A stretch of DNA of 64,000 bases. Origin: Mustelus asterias (Eukaryota). The notes under the pieces are model-generated. The model ran no database searches, was not told where the DNA came from, and saw only the letters and a list, made by a program, of their open reading frames with translations. The position numbers were made by a program, and so were the translations under genes. Of the stretch, positions 10,950 through 24,010 are shown in pieces (the stretch's first letter is position 1; the number at the start of each line of letters is the position of its first letter). The stretch spans positions 54,374,001 to 54,438,000 of the forward strand of contig NC_135807.1 in assembly GCF_964213995.1 (NCBI RefSeq), in the 5' to 3' direction.

Positions 10950-11695
10950 AAGTCCACATTTACCACATTGCAATTTCCTTCCACTGGGAACCATCCGAAA
11001 ATGTGATTTAAATCCAGTTTCTGGGTAACTATAGGATTGACCCACCCTGACTAACCATAAGACTTCTGAATACTCTACACCCCCCACTACAAACCTGTTC
11101 TCCCCTCTAATGGAACATGCCACATACCCCTCCATCCCCCATTGCACACCTCCTCCACCCCCGCCCCTCTCCCCATCTCCCCAAACCCCCCACGGGACCC
11201 CCATATCCCCCAACCCCCCCCCCAAGGATTTCCGTACTGCCACCCACATCTCCACAAACCCCCTCACCCATCCCCTACCCTCCCACAGGATGCCCCTACC
11301 CTGCCCACCAACCTGCACATGACCCCCCAATGACAGCCCCCTCAACTGCACACCCTTCCCCAACTGTACAACCCGACTATATCCCCTGCCACTAGACACT
11401 GCCAACTGACTCCCCCATCACTCACTACCTGATCCCCACCTCACCACCAACCACCCAACCTCCCCGCCAACTGAGACCCAAGCCAACCAACCAGCTCCCT
11501 TCCGAATGATCCTCATCCCTCACCCCGATTATCCACCACCCCTCTCCCCAATTCTACCCACTTTACTTTACAAACCTATCTATTCCCTGACTTGAAAGTG
11601 GCTGGATCTTTAAATTTACCTGCTTTATGGCAGCTAGTGCCACAAGGAAGGGTGTGTGCCTCGACTGAAGGTGTCCGAAGCTCACTGACCTGATT

Positions 11696-12136
11696 TTGAT
11701 TTCATTTCATTTGATTTCATTTGATTTGATTTATTATTGTCACATGTATTAGTATACAGTGAAAAGTATTGTTTCTAGCGTGCTATACGGACAAAGCATA
11801 CTGTTCATAGAGAAGGAAACAAGAGAGTGCAAAATGTAATGTTACAGTCATAGCTAGGGTGCAGAGAAAGATCAACTTAATGCGAGGTAGGTCCATTCAA
11901 AAGTCTGTTGGCAGCAGGGAAGAAGCTGTTCTTGAGTCAGTTGATATGTGACCTCAGACTTTTGTATCTTTTTCCCGATGGAAGTAGGTGGAAGAAACAA
12001 TGTCCTGGTTCATGGGGTCCTTAAGTATGCTGGTTGTTTTGCTGAGGCAGCGGGAAGTGTAGACAGAGTCAATGTGTGGGAGGCTGGTTTGCGTGATGGA
12101 TTGGGCTACATTCATGACCTTTTATAGTTTTGTAGT
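11696..12136 (-). mobile_element. Rex-Babar-type LINE 3' end inside a C-rich MITE-like element (~10990-12260)
   Basis: (TTTGA/TTTCA)n tail; homology to 16021-16663. Confidence 0.85.
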
Positions 12137-12365
12137 TTTGTACCTACGCAGTCCGCACTCGGAAGATTGGGTGAGAGGGAATTGCCTTGATTTTGAGATA
12201 GGAAACGAAGAGCAGAATGACAAACTGACTCTGATTGCCACTCAGCTGAAGTTCAGCCCCCGATCTTATTTGTATTTAGCATGTCTTTGAATACACAACA
12301 ATATTAATGATCAGTGAAAAATACTTCACTAATTGTAAAGTTCAATGGGAAAGCCAAATATGTTC

Positions 12366-12660
12366 TATTTATTTGTCACAAGTAGGCTTACATTCACACT
12401 GCAATGAAGTTACTGTGAAAATCCTCTAGTCGCCAGACACCGGCACCTGTTCGGGTTCACTGACGGAGAACTTAACATGGCCAATGCACCTAACCAGCAC
12501 GTCTTTCAGACTGTGGGAGAAAATCGGAGCACCAGGAAGAAACCCACGCAGACACAGAGAGGACATGCAGACTCCGCACAGTCACCCAAGCCAGGAATCG
12601 AATCCAGGTCCCTAGCACTGTGAAGCAGCGGTGGTAACCACTGTGCCATCATGCCACCCC
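12366..12660 (-). mobile_element. V-SINE with alternative 3' tail
   Basis: Head and V-domain as in HE1, but tail ...cattgcagtgtgaatgtaagcctacttgtgaca; sibling at 53636-53937. Confidence 0.88.
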
Positions 12661-13244
12661 AATGCATTGATACAAAAGGTGCTATTCAATGCAATTCCTT
12701 CCTTAACGGTCTTTTCTCTGTAGAACTTGGGAGTAGGAATGGAAATGCCTGTCCAGCAAGCAGAAAAACAATTTTGGAACATAGATCTGGGAAATTTTTA
12801 TATCTAACTTGTCATTCAGTTGCTTGGAAGATATATAAAAACCTTTGGTGGATGTCAATGTTCTTTTAAATTTCTTGCAAAGTGTTTTTTAAAGAACAAT
12901 TAGGGGAAGCTGGAGCTGCCTTCCTGATGTCCTGCATTCCATTCTGTCACTGGGCTAGATGAATGTCACACTGTCAAATGGAATTTCCAAAAAATCACCT
13001 CGGGAAGAGTTTTGTTTGCAGTTATATTTTTCCGAGATTATGTATTATCTTGGAGTCCAAGCTAAACTAACTCACAATTTGAAATTTCCTGATAGCTCAA
13101 TTAGTAAAGGAAGCATTTAATAATTAGAAGTGATTGAAGAGAAAGCCAGCTAACAATTTTATTCCTGATTACTGTCCAGTGCTAGATCGGAGCTAAGGTA
13201 AGATCTGACCTTTATGCCACTATTAGCACTTCCTCAGTTCTTAA

Positions 13245-14385
13245 TGCCACCATTAACACCCCTTTGCCTTATGTTCATGACATATTTGTCAATCTCTCCT
13301 TAGCTCCAACTATCTCTGACCTTCTATTCTGCCTCACCTCCAACCCCCTCTCCAATTACATAATTCTGTACATTTCTATCCCTCTTCAGTTCTGTAGAGG
13401 ATCACATAGGCTTGAAACATTGGAGGCGAGTTTCCAACCTCCCCTCACCTGCCGCAGGTTGTGCCAATCCTGGAAAATAGCGTGGCCTAAAAATCAGTTT
13501 TGCGCTTGGCGCCAAAGTTTGCAATTGTTTCTGGGCACGAGGCCAATTAGCATATTTAAAATAACGTTTAAATATGCATTGTCCGTTCGATGTTGGATTC
13601 TCGCAGTTCCTGGGACCTTCCAACCTTCGGGCACAGCACAGGAACAGCGAGAATCACTGCTGGTCTCCACGAGCAGAGACTAGGTGCAATGGCTATGCCG
13701 GGGGCTCAGAGGCCATTGAAGCCCCTGGCTGGTTGGGGGTGGGGGGTTGCAGGGGTGTCCATCAGGCAGTGCCCACCCTGGCAGTGCCACCAGGGCACCA
13801 TGACCATGCCCACCGGGCACTGTCTTTGTGCCGGGACAGTGCCAAGGGGTTGGAGCCTAAGTGAGTGTGGGGCCTGAGTGGGGGCTATGATGGGGGGCTC
13901 TGATGGGGGGAGCATGCAGGGGTGGAGCAGGAAGGGGGACATGTCGGGCCCCAAAGCCCCGATGCCGATGATTCGTGTCAGGGAGGGTGTGTGGAAACAT
14001 GCCACCGATGGGAGCGGTCACGAGTTCCGTGCGGGGAGGATGAGGGTCTCCCTGTGCACTGTAAAATCAGGGCGTCCTTCCAAAATGGCACCCGAGTGCT
14101 TTGCAACCGGGCTTACTGGTGTGTTTGGGCCTCGACCCCCCTCACCCCCAGAACTGGCACGCAACTCGCCACTTTCCCAAGACATGACTTAATGTGGGAC
14201 GATTGTGGTCTGGACCATGCCTGACAAACCAGTGCGGATTGTTCCATTTTCTCACCATTCTGACACACTTTCTGGGAAATTTCTGCCCATTAACTCTGTT
14301 TCTCTCCACAGATGCTGCCAGACTTGCCGAGTTTATCCAGCATTTTCTATTTTTATTTCAGGTTTCCAGCATTCACTGTATTTTT
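13245..14385 (+). mobile_element. Penelope-like 3' end split by a MITE
   Basis: cttcagttctg..cttgaaacatt resumes as aactctgtttctctccacagatgctgccagac..ccagcattttc, matching the terminus of the 33261 element. Confidence 0.7.
13422..14288. mobile_element. 867-bp Harbinger-type non-autonomous element
   Basis: Imperfect TIR ggaggcgagtttcc / ggaaatttctgccc; 3-bp TSD att. Confidence 0.75.
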
Positions 14386-14754
14386 CTTTCATTTATAGAT
14401 GTTAATATGTAAGGATTTCGCCTTTAATTCATAAAAATCATTACAGTTACACAATAAACCCATACAACCTCATTTCCTGCAGTCTAAGCGATCAGGTTTA
14501 GATTCTGCAGATTTTCTTCCCCCAACTGCTCTGATAGCTGAAACTAAAATTCCTGGTATTTGTTATTTTATCTTCCACGTAATGTGAGATTCCTCAGATA
14601 ATGCCTGGAATGTATGCTGAAGTGAAGTTCTTTTTCAGCAAAGCTCCAGACACTGACACAGTGGCCATTTTGATAGTTTAATCGTTAATCAGTTTAACCT
14701 GATATTTTCTGTCTGGAAGTACAAAGGGACAGGAGATGCCCTGGGCATCATTGC

Positions 14755-15142
14755 ACATCATGACTACCATCGACACCGCAAACCGCCGGCTCCAAGTGGA
14801 GAGGATCTCCAAGAAGATCGCGCATATCGACACAGGCATCAAGTTTCTACAAAGATGCAAGAAAGCAGACAAGATACCGAAAGGATTACAGATCACAAAC
14901 CCACTCAGGTACCTTTAAGACTTGATTAGTTGTAAGTATTCGCATTCCAACCATTATTCTGTAAATTGAGTTTGTGTCTTTATATGCCCTGTTTGTGAAC
15001 AGAATTCCCACTCACCTGAAGAAGGAGCTTAAGGCTCCAAGAGCTTGTGGCTTTTGCTACCAAATAAACCTGTTGGACTTTAACCTGGTGTTGTTAAAAC
15101 TCTTACTGTGTTTACCCCAGTCCAACGCCGGCATCTCCACAT
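14755..15142 (+). mobile_element. Internally deleted mini-Penelope (ORF N-terminus fused to 3' UTR/terminus)
   Basis: MTTIDTANRRLQVERISKKIAHIDTGIKFLQRCKKADKIPKGL joined to sequence matching the reverse complement of 63232-63425; TSD catcattgc. Confidence 0.8.
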
Positions 15143-15325
15143 CATCATTGCTAGATACAGGTGTTGATTATAAGGAAACTCCTTTGCTCAACCAACTTCC
15201 ACTGTTAACACAAATTGTTATCTGCTTTGATATAGCATTAACTTTCGGAACACACAAAGCAAATTCTAACATTCCCCCCGAATGAACCTTAATTTCAAAC
15301 TGTTCATTTTTTTTGTTGTTACATT

Positions 15326-15720
15326 AAACATAGAAACATGGAAGATCGGAGCAGGAGGAGGCCATTCAGCCTGCTCTGCCATTCATCAAGATCATGGCTG
15401 ATCGTCCAACTCAATAGCCTAATCCTGCTTTCTCCCCATAACCTTTGATCCCATTCGCCCCAAGTGCTATATCTAGCCACCTCTTGAATACATTGCTTTT
15501 TGAATTTACTATCTGGAGCACCTTGATAGTCCCTACAGTGCAGAGAAGGAGCCATTCTGCCCATTGAGTCTGCACTGACTCTCTGACAGAGTATCTTACC
15601 CACGCCCCCTCGCTCATCCTATCCTCATAACCCCACACATTTCTCATGGCTAATCCCCCTAACCTACACACCTTGGGACACTAAGGAGCAATTTAGCATG
15701 GCCTAACCTGCACATCTTTG
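15326..15720 (-). mobile_element. CR1 3' end (15326-15500) plus partial V-SINE (15527-15720)
   Basis: acatagaaacat tail, ggccattcagcc, ccctacagtgcagag. Confidence 0.8.
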
Positions 15721-16020
15721 AATATTAAACATTACAAAATAACAATATTTACTAATGGGTTCACAGATATTGTTAAGCACAAGGAATTTCTCCCTGCTCA
15801 TGGGGACTTTTAAATGGCCCACATAAATAGGTAAACTTCTCCAGCAATTAATTCTCAAACAGGCAACAACACACTCCACATATCTTTAATAAACAATGGT
15901 CAAAACAAGCCAGACAGTTAAAAAACAAGAGAACACGTGAGACCAAATGGATTGTCCCAAGTTGTACTTCATCACTTGAATTAGGTCCTTTCCAAGAGAA
16001 AGGTTTTTACAGTAAGATTC

Positions 16021-16663
16021 TTTGATTTGGTTTGATTTGATTTATTATTGTCACATGTATTAACACAGAGTGAAAAGTATTGTTTCTTGCGTTATACAGA
16101 CAAAGCATACCGTTCATAGAGAAGGAAACAAGAGAGTGCAGAATGTAGTGTTACAGTGAAAGCTAGGGTGTAGAGAAAGATCAACTTAATGCAAGATAAG
16201 TCCATTCAAAAGTCCGATGGCAGCAGGGAAGAGCTGTTCTTGAGTCGGTTTGTAAGTGACCTCAGACTTTTGTATCTTTTTCCCGAAGGACGAAGGTGGA
16301 AGAGAGAATTTCTGGAGTGCGTGGGGTCCTTAATTATGCTGGCTGCTTTGCCGAGGCATTGGGAAGTATAGACAGAGTCAATGGATGGGAGGCTGGTTTG
16401 CATGATGGATTGGGCTACATTCACGACCTTTTGTAGTTCCTTGTGGTCTTGGGCAGAGCAGGAGCCATACCAAGCTGTGATACAACCAGAAAGGATGCTT
16501 TCTATGGTGCATCTGTAAAGTTGGTGAGAGTCGCAGCTGACATGCCAAATTTCCTTCGTCTTCTGAGAAAGTAGAGGTGTTGGTGGGCTTTCTTAACTAT
16601 AGCGTCGGCATGGGGGGACCAGGACAGGTTTTTGGTGATCTGGACACCTAAAAACTTGAAGCT
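16021..16663 (-). mobile_element. Rex-Babar-type LINE, ORF C-terminus and tail
   Basis: FKFLGVQIT.NLSW...IVKKAHQHLYFLRR..KFGMS; AASIIKDPTH..NSLFHL.PSGKRYKS. Confidence 0.9.
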
Positions 16664-18417
16664 CTTCTGGTCCTGGAATGACAGATTCCCCAAAAAGGGG
16701 GCGTCAAACTCACCGTGATTTGTAAATAGTTAATTAAATAGCTTATTAAGAACCAAAAGTTTTAATGTGATGCATAAGAAAAATAGAAAAATCATGCAAT
16801 CAGTGACAGGCGAGAACGTTTTGCTGACCCTGGAACGGCAGGATATCGCAGAGTGAGTGTCAGACTCTGGAGTTGATGTATCAGCTCCTTCAGCTCTCTC
16901 TTGAGTCAATGTGTCAGGAAACTCTACCCCAGTCTCCCTCAATCTGAAGAAGGCTGAATCCTCCCCTCCTGAGCGCCTGTTCATATACCTTATTTCAAGT
17001 GTCTGGTGGCTTACCTCATGTCAATCACTCATGTTATCTCATCCAATCAATTACTAAGGGACAGGTACCCAAGATAACCCTGCCCCTGTGCATCATTCTG
17101 CCTCAAGGTCGTCTTTGAGCTTATCCTCATGTTGGGATTTATTTACTCCTGCCAGATACTAACGTAGATAAGAGGGTGCATCTTGTCAACTCAGGAACAT
17201 CTACGTGGAAGCCATTAACAGGGGTCCGTGATATGCGACCCCTGGCACCGCCATTCCCCTTGACTATTGGTTTTGATTACCTCTGTCTGTCACTGCTAAG
17301 AACTGTCTTTTTTCAAAGACAGAGAGAGGAAAAGAGAAAGAGCCTTCCACCTGGTGTTTACCATCTTATGTCTGCTCTTTCTTACGTATCTTCGCACCCA
17401 TGCTCTTTTTTTACCATTTGGGGAATAGTGGGGTAAGGTGCCACTTTTCTCCACATTTTGGCTCTCAGATTCCAAATTTTGCTGCAATCGCTTCCGCCTG
17501 GTCATTCATTTCTTCAACTTTTGCTGCTCAGCTTCTAGTATCTCCACCTTCTCCATTTGTTGTTTGATCATTTCACTGAGCACCACCAATAGAGGAACAA
17601 GTGCGGCAGTGGACAGAGTTTAAAGCTGACGGCCGTGGGCCTGCCTACTGGCTGGGAAGTCAGTGACAACCCTGCTGTGGTCATTCCCGACCTCATTTGT
17701 CGAGAATTAACCAGGCGATGCATGGTAAGTACTCAAAAACTACACCTTTATTCCTTATGCACAAAGAGAGCAAACACAGTGGGTCTCACGATGATGTTCT
17801 GACCAGATTGCGTAAAACACTTTCAATTATAGCAATTTGCAGCCAATACACACCAGTTAAAACACCAATAGCATTACAGTTTGATGTGCACTTTCCTTAG
17901 GTGGCATATTTATTGCTATACATGCAGATGTACCGAGTCCTTGACATTTCAGCACATAATGTTCAGCAAACATCCTGCTAATGGCTGACTCCCAACTCCC
18001 ACACCTTGACCCGATTTAGTGCGTGAGGGTGAGGTGATGCTGGCTGTTAGGTTTAGAGAAAAGATGGAGCAGTTGAAAAGGATGAGGCCCGGAATAGCCA
18101 AGAGTGAGTCTGAGAGCTGCGGACTAGGCGAGTGTGAGGCCGAGAATGGAGTGGTAAAAAAGGCTGAGGTAAAGTGACTTCACAGCACAAAAAGGGGCAG
18201 TGAGTTGCGTTAAAAGATGAATATTGAATTTAATTTACCTATAACTTCAACTAGATCAAGCCATTAGTTAAAAACTAAAAATATCAGTTAAATTAATTGA
18301 ATACAAAAGCTTTAATGCATTAAATAAATGAGAAGGTTAGATAGGAATACCATGCCACATCTGCAGCATAGAATCATAGAAAATTATGGAATGGAAGAAG
18401 GCCATTTGACTCATCCA

Positions 18418-20160
18418 GTGGAATCCTCCCAACAGGGACTAAGGAAGCAATCTTACCAGAATTTGGCAAAGTGTCAGTTCTGGCACGGAAAATGGAATGA
18501 ATTCCGTCAACAGCTCCGGTGTTATTTCTGACCAAAAGTTAAGCTTCATTGACAAATGTTTTTATGGCCACGAGATTCCTTCTGCGCCTGTGACGGCCTC
18601 CCTCTGATTCACCCACAACATCTGAACATAACCGAGCCAATCACTGAAGAGCTTCATATAAACAGCTCCTCAGCACTTGTTCCACAGCCACTGAAGGGAA
18701 TGGCACCCAGGAAGCCAGCGCCGCAATTCTCAAAGGGAGCCCTCACCAGACTTTTCCATGGAGTGCAGCAGAAAGCGGGATGCGACTCCTGCTCCAGGAC
18801 AAGGCCTCCCACAAAGGTCACCACCCTCCATCTGGGAAGCAGTGGCAGGCATGGTGAGTGCAAGCTCACGGCAGCAGTGCTACAAGAAGATAAACAACCT
18901 TCTTTACTCAGCCTGGGTAAGTGAGCCTCCTGCAGTCTTTTCCTGGGGCCCCTCACACACCCCTCCCACCCTCATCTCTCACCCAGCCACTTCGGCCTTT
19001 GCCAACATCTGTAAGAAGGCGCTCCCCACCATGTTCCCCCCCCTACTCCCTGCCATGCTCCTCACACTCCAGCTCCCACTCCAGACCCACACCTGTCACA
19101 TCTGGTCACCCTATTATAGAAAGGATATTATTAAAGTAGAAGGAGTGCAGAAAAGATTTACTAGGATGCTACTGAGACTTGATGGTTTGAGTTATAAGGA
19201 GAGGCTGGATAGACTGGGACTTTTTTCTGTGCAGCGTAGAAGGCTGAGGGGTGATCTTATAGAGGTCTATAAAATAATGAGGGGCATAGATCAGCTAGTC
19301 AATATCTTTTCCCAAAGGTACGGGAGTCTAAAACTAGAGGGCATAGGTTTAAGGTGAGAGGGGAGAGATACAAAAGTGTCCAGAGGGGCAATTTTTTCAC
19401 GCAGAGGATGGTGAGTGTCTGGAACAAGCTGCCAGAGGTAGTGGTAGAGGCGGGTACAATTTTGTCTTTTAAGAAGCATTTAAACATGGTTAAGATGGGT
19501 ATAGGGGGATATGGGCCAAATGCAGGCAATTGGAATTAGCTTAGGGTTTTTTAAAAAAAGGGTGGCATGGACAAGTTGGGCTGAAGGGCCTGTTTCCAAG
19601 CTGTAAACCTCTATGACCCTATGACTCTATCTCATTGCCATCTTAAATATCAACACTGTTGCCTACGCTCTCCCTATATGTGTCGTTGCAGGACAAAATC
19701 AACCACAACAAGAGTGAGCAAGCACACCCAGCGAAGTAATGCTGGAGCTCAGAACCCTCATGCAATTTGAGGATGGTCTGGTACACGGCGTGGTGCAGCC
19801 TTCCATGCAGGAGACCCTGGGGGTGTCCAGCCTATTTGTGTCCCCCCTTCCTGTGAGAGAAACACACCTCCAGCCCCACGCACTGATGAGGGCAGCACAG
19901 CAATACCCGCGCTGCCTGAAAGCAGGCCGGGACCCTCAAGGTCCTAGCTCCCCCAGGGGACACCCGCTAAGGTCATCTCAGGCAACAGTGTGTGGAAGTC
20001 AGCAGTCCTCCTCAACCTCCGCTATGGTTCCTGGGAAAGCACCTAGATGTAGCGAGAGAGTGAGGAAGATTAAGAAGTGAAGGGCCTAGTTGACACGGGG
20101 GAAAGAAGACACAAGTGTAGAGACGTCACCACTGTATATCGAAATAATAAATCATCCCAT
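18418..20160 (+). mobile_element. Harbinger-derived element with spliced Myb/SANT pseudogene
   Basis: MAPRKPAPQFSKGALTRLFHGVQQK..WEAVAGMVSA..QQCYKKINNL, donor GTAAGT ~18917, acceptor TGCAG ~19691, then DKINHNKSE; parallels the 24011 gene. Confidence 0.8.
19101..19630 (+). mobile_element. CR1 LINE 3' fragment inserted in the Myb-gene intron
   Basis: Very similar to 1-521. Confidence 0.92.
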
Positions 20161-20546
20161 CATCACAGCGAGTGTTTCCTTCATTTTGTTTATCTTGGAC
20201 ATTGTGATGCAGTACTTTAACTTGAGAAACCATGTCACTTTTTTTGTGTAGTGAGTTTATTAGTGAGCATGTTTTTAATTAACAAGGCATATTGCTATTT
20301 AATACGGAGAACGCTGTCATTTCATACTGCCAATCTCGGCTGCCCCACGCACACACCCAGCGCTTCATTCCTATGGAGTGTGAGAATAGCAGTGCTATGT
20401 CTCTCCCACACTGAGGACAGAGTCAAGAAGCCCTGCTGCAGGCAAACACACCCCCTACCCCGCCGCCAAACACCCGGCCACCCGGCCCGGGACCCCGTTC
20501 ATGGAAAGAGCAAACCCACCTCGCCACCCCTTGTGATGTATGTGTA

Positions 20547-20907
20547 CAGGCAGTCTCCGGGTTACGAACGCCCGACTTACGAATGCCCGTACTTACGTAC
20601 CGACCTCCGTAAAGCCTATTATTTTAAAAAATCGAGTTACATACAATGGTTCGTACTAACGAACGGGCGGACTACATTGCGCGATGCTCAAAACACTGCG
20701 CGTTTTCAGCGGTTCGTCGGCCCGAGGGAGAACAATGCCACGCCGTCGTTGCCATTTTAAGTCGGATCGCGTAAACACTGTTGTGTGCGTTGTGTTGTGA
20801 CTTAAATTTTTCGTGTGTTTACCCTCGTAACTGTTCCGACTTACATACAAATTCGACTTACAGACAGACTTAAAAACGGAACTCGTTCATAACCCGGGGA
20901 CTGCCTG
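20547..20907. mobile_element. Tigger/pogo-type (Tc1/mariner superfamily) MITE, 361 bp
   Basis: 24-bp TIR CAGGCAGTCYCCGGGTTAYGAACG (22/24 match), TA TSD, subterminal CGACTTAC repeats. Confidence 0.93.
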
Positions 20908-22322
20908 TACATACATATATTATAAGGCTTTGGGTCCCCAGCATGGGACCCTTTTGGGCAGTCTTAGTCCTACCTACCTTGTGCTTCTTTATGCCTCATA
21001 GCCCACAGGGGCATACATAATCCCCCCATCCATCTATCAGGACTGGAGCAGTTCAATGCTACATCTGTTCACCTGAGCGAGAGAGGCCAAGGTGGTGTCA
21101 AGGTGCTGACTGCCTGCCTGAAAGTGAAAACCTGGCCACCTACGTAGAACCTCTGTGAACCCCATGATGTGCCCATTCCTCATTGTTTTCGAGGACAGGG
21201 TATCTTTCTGCGAGATTTCCCTCTACCTGCCGCAGCCACAATTTACTTTTGCTCTGAGTGGTGCAGAATACCTTGAATCTGTGCAGGCTAGTTTGAAGTG
21301 TAGTTGGGCAGTTATGCTTTTGGGCCTCTGCTTGTGCATCCAGCCTGATCAGCGCTAACTATGCAGAAATCATTGAAGTGAGCAGGCAGCAAAATGTTGG
21401 CGTGCTGCCCACATTTCGATCAACTGCCTTGGGTAAGGTGTTCATCATAATCCCCACAGCCATTTTCAGAGACCACCCAATTTAGTTCCTCAGAGATTTT
21501 TCACGCCTAACTGGTCTAGCTCTAACTTTAAGGACATCAGAACAGAACGTCCACAGAATTTTGAGACCTGTATATCTAAGGTTGCTGTAAGCAAACTTTA
21601 CATCCCCATTTGGAATTCTGCCATGAATTTGACGATCTGGTACATCAGTAAAATATTAAGAAATGCACTCAACGTGTCATAAGTCTCACGGTACGTTGTT
21701 TCTTTACTAATGCGGAGAATCTATTTTATACATTAAACTAATCTTGTTTCTTTTTCGGCGTCAATATTCTCAACTATGCAGGATAACATTTTCACATGAA
21801 TTCTTCGGACTGGCCCCCTGAAACTTTATAAAAATGGAGTAAATGATCATTTTTCCCATTTCCTTTGCCAGCCATCCTCCCAGTCTTCCATTATCTTTGT
21901 AACAGATCATTGTAAAAACTCCAGCCCTGCGTCCATCTTTATGCTTTTTTAAGGTAACTCTTGAAGTCATTTAGAAAAATATAAGCTTGATGTTGCAATA
22001 ATTGAACAATTATCTATAGGTACTGTTGTGGAGCAGATTATTATACAAAGTAATCTCAGGAGACCCAGAACAGAATGATTGTTTTATTAGCCAATGCATT
22101 GGGAGAGCAGAATCTCAGAGAAGGGTCCTCTGAGGCAGGCTCTGATGTTTACATGAAGGTTGCATATATTTATATCATGCTTCACACGCACACATACATT
22201 GTTTAAATTCCAATCTAACAATACATATATGTTCTACCAAACAGGCACACCTTGTATTAATCATAATTAACCTTGGCCCCATTGCAAAGGCTTCTAACTT
22301 ATCGTGATATTCCTCCCCAAGT

Positions 22323-22652
22323 GGAGGCAATGGCAAAGTGGTATTATCGCTAGTCAATTAATCCAGAAACTCAGCTAATGTTCTGGGGACGTGGGTTTGA
22401 ATCCCGCCACGGCAGATGGTGGAATTTGAATTCAATTTTAAAAAAATTTGGAATTAAGAATCTACTGATGACCATGAAACCATTGTTGCTTGTCAGGAAA
22501 AACCCATCTGGTTCACTAATGTCCTTTAGGGAAGGAAATCTGCTGTCCTTACCTGATCTGGCCAACATGTGACTCCAGAGTCACAGCAATGTGGCTGACT
22601 CTGAACTGCTCTTCCAACAGCCAGCGATGCACATGTTCCACGAATCAATAAA
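22323..22652 (+). mobile_element. tRNA-derived SINE (family 2)
   Basis: Head ggaggcaatggc..gtggtattatc..gggtttgaatcccgcc; tail shared with the LINE end at ~32945-33010; siblings at 35872, 46377 and 50630. Confidence 0.88.
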
Positions 22653-22769
22653 GAAACCCCCGCTATCTCCTGCTGTCCGACTCCAAAACTTTGTTATCGC
22701 CAAAAAATGTCAGCTTGTACAATTCTTGTAATTGAAAATTCTGCTAACTTTAAATTCTGTTAACCTTTG

Positions 22770-22870
22770 TAACAGCGAGGGAGAGAGGGGCCATTACCCA
22801 ACGGCTAGAGTGTACCGACAGTCCACCAACTACAATGTTTGATGTCCAATGCCGCAGGAGGCTCCACTGC
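22770..22870 (+). pseudogene. Harbinger transposase N-terminal fragment
   Basis: YPTARVYRQSTNY..MFDVQCRRRL; DNA similar to 29480-29550. Confidence 0.6.
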
Positions 22871-24010
22871 AGCTGGAATCTGTAACCGTTCTTCAATTAT
22901 TTTCTTCTTAATTATTAATTCTTAAACCTCACTATGCAATCATATTAAACCTTCAACCTTTGTCATTTTTGTTCCACAGCCTCAACAGCACCAAACAACT
23001 TAAATATTCCTCCAGGAAAGCTAAGCATATTTAACATTATCATACTGAGTGTTGTTCCAGTTTGTAATTCATTCATTGTCATTTCAAAGGTAATGTCTTC
23101 TCATATTTTCATAAGAACTGCCACTGTAAAATGCTAAGTTAAAAGTCCCCGTGGGGTGCACTAAACAGAATACATTGATGCACAATGTTTGCCGTACTAT
23201 TAGAGAATGTAGTATTGACACACTGGCCCTCTTTTACCATTTTGATTCTAAGTGCTGGGTGGACTTGAACCTGGGAGTGATTCAGATCCGACTTTTAGAC
23301 CCGTTCTCCGGCGCCCCCATACGCACTCTACCTGAAAAATATCAGCGATTCCGAATCACCCTGACAAGCCTGTGGGCGGGGCTTAACGCACCTGAAACAC
23401 TGCAGCTCCGATCGGCACCTCCAACTGGGCATGCGCAGAAAGAAATGAGAGAAAAACGTTCTCCTACCACTTCACTCCCGGGCCGGATAATGCCTCCCCC
23501 TGGCTCCCACAGACATTGCCCCAGCCCCACAACATTACTGACCCCCTTATTCCCCCCCACCCATCTGCCACCCAGACTGATCACTGGCCCCTCTCCCCCT
23601 TCCCCCCACTGATCTCAGGCAGAGAGATCCACCCTCCCCCCTCCCACCTTCCCCCCTCCACCCTACAGATATCAGGCAGAGTGATCCCCCTCCTCCCACA
23701 CCGGATCCTCCCACACAAGGCCCCATCTCCTCTGGACTCCGATGGTTGTGTGACACCTGCCTCTCTCTCCTCTGTCCCCAATCATTGAGGCACTGACCCA
23801 CCACCCACCCCCCACCCCCCACCCCCCACCCCCCACCCCCCCACCTCCCGCCACCCCACCTCCCGCCACCCCATCAGCAAACCTGCAAGTGCTCACTTGC
23901 CTTCCCCTCAATGCTAACAAGTAAACTGCATGGAACTTGCTGGAATGTTCTGCTAAACTGCCTGCAGCTGATCTGCCCTAACGAGCGGCAGCTCCATAAA
24001 AAACACAAGA

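Noticed and set aside
10812-11405. Gly/Pro-rich ORFs here and at 4977, 23516, 28041, 33392 and 52882
   Set aside because: Low-complexity C/G-rich MITE or UTR interiors that are open in several frames.
17990-18370. Possible CR1 5' UTR/ORF1 start
   Set aside because: Resemblance too weak to call.
18758-19357. Myb-CR1 fusion protein (199 aa)
   Set aside because: Chance read-through from a Myb exon across a C-rich intron into an inserted CR1; the upstream exon is frameshifted.
21745-21960. Exon-like acceptor/donor signals (also near 38128)
   Set aside because: Stops in all frames or very short peptides with no homology; cannot be supported without RNA data.
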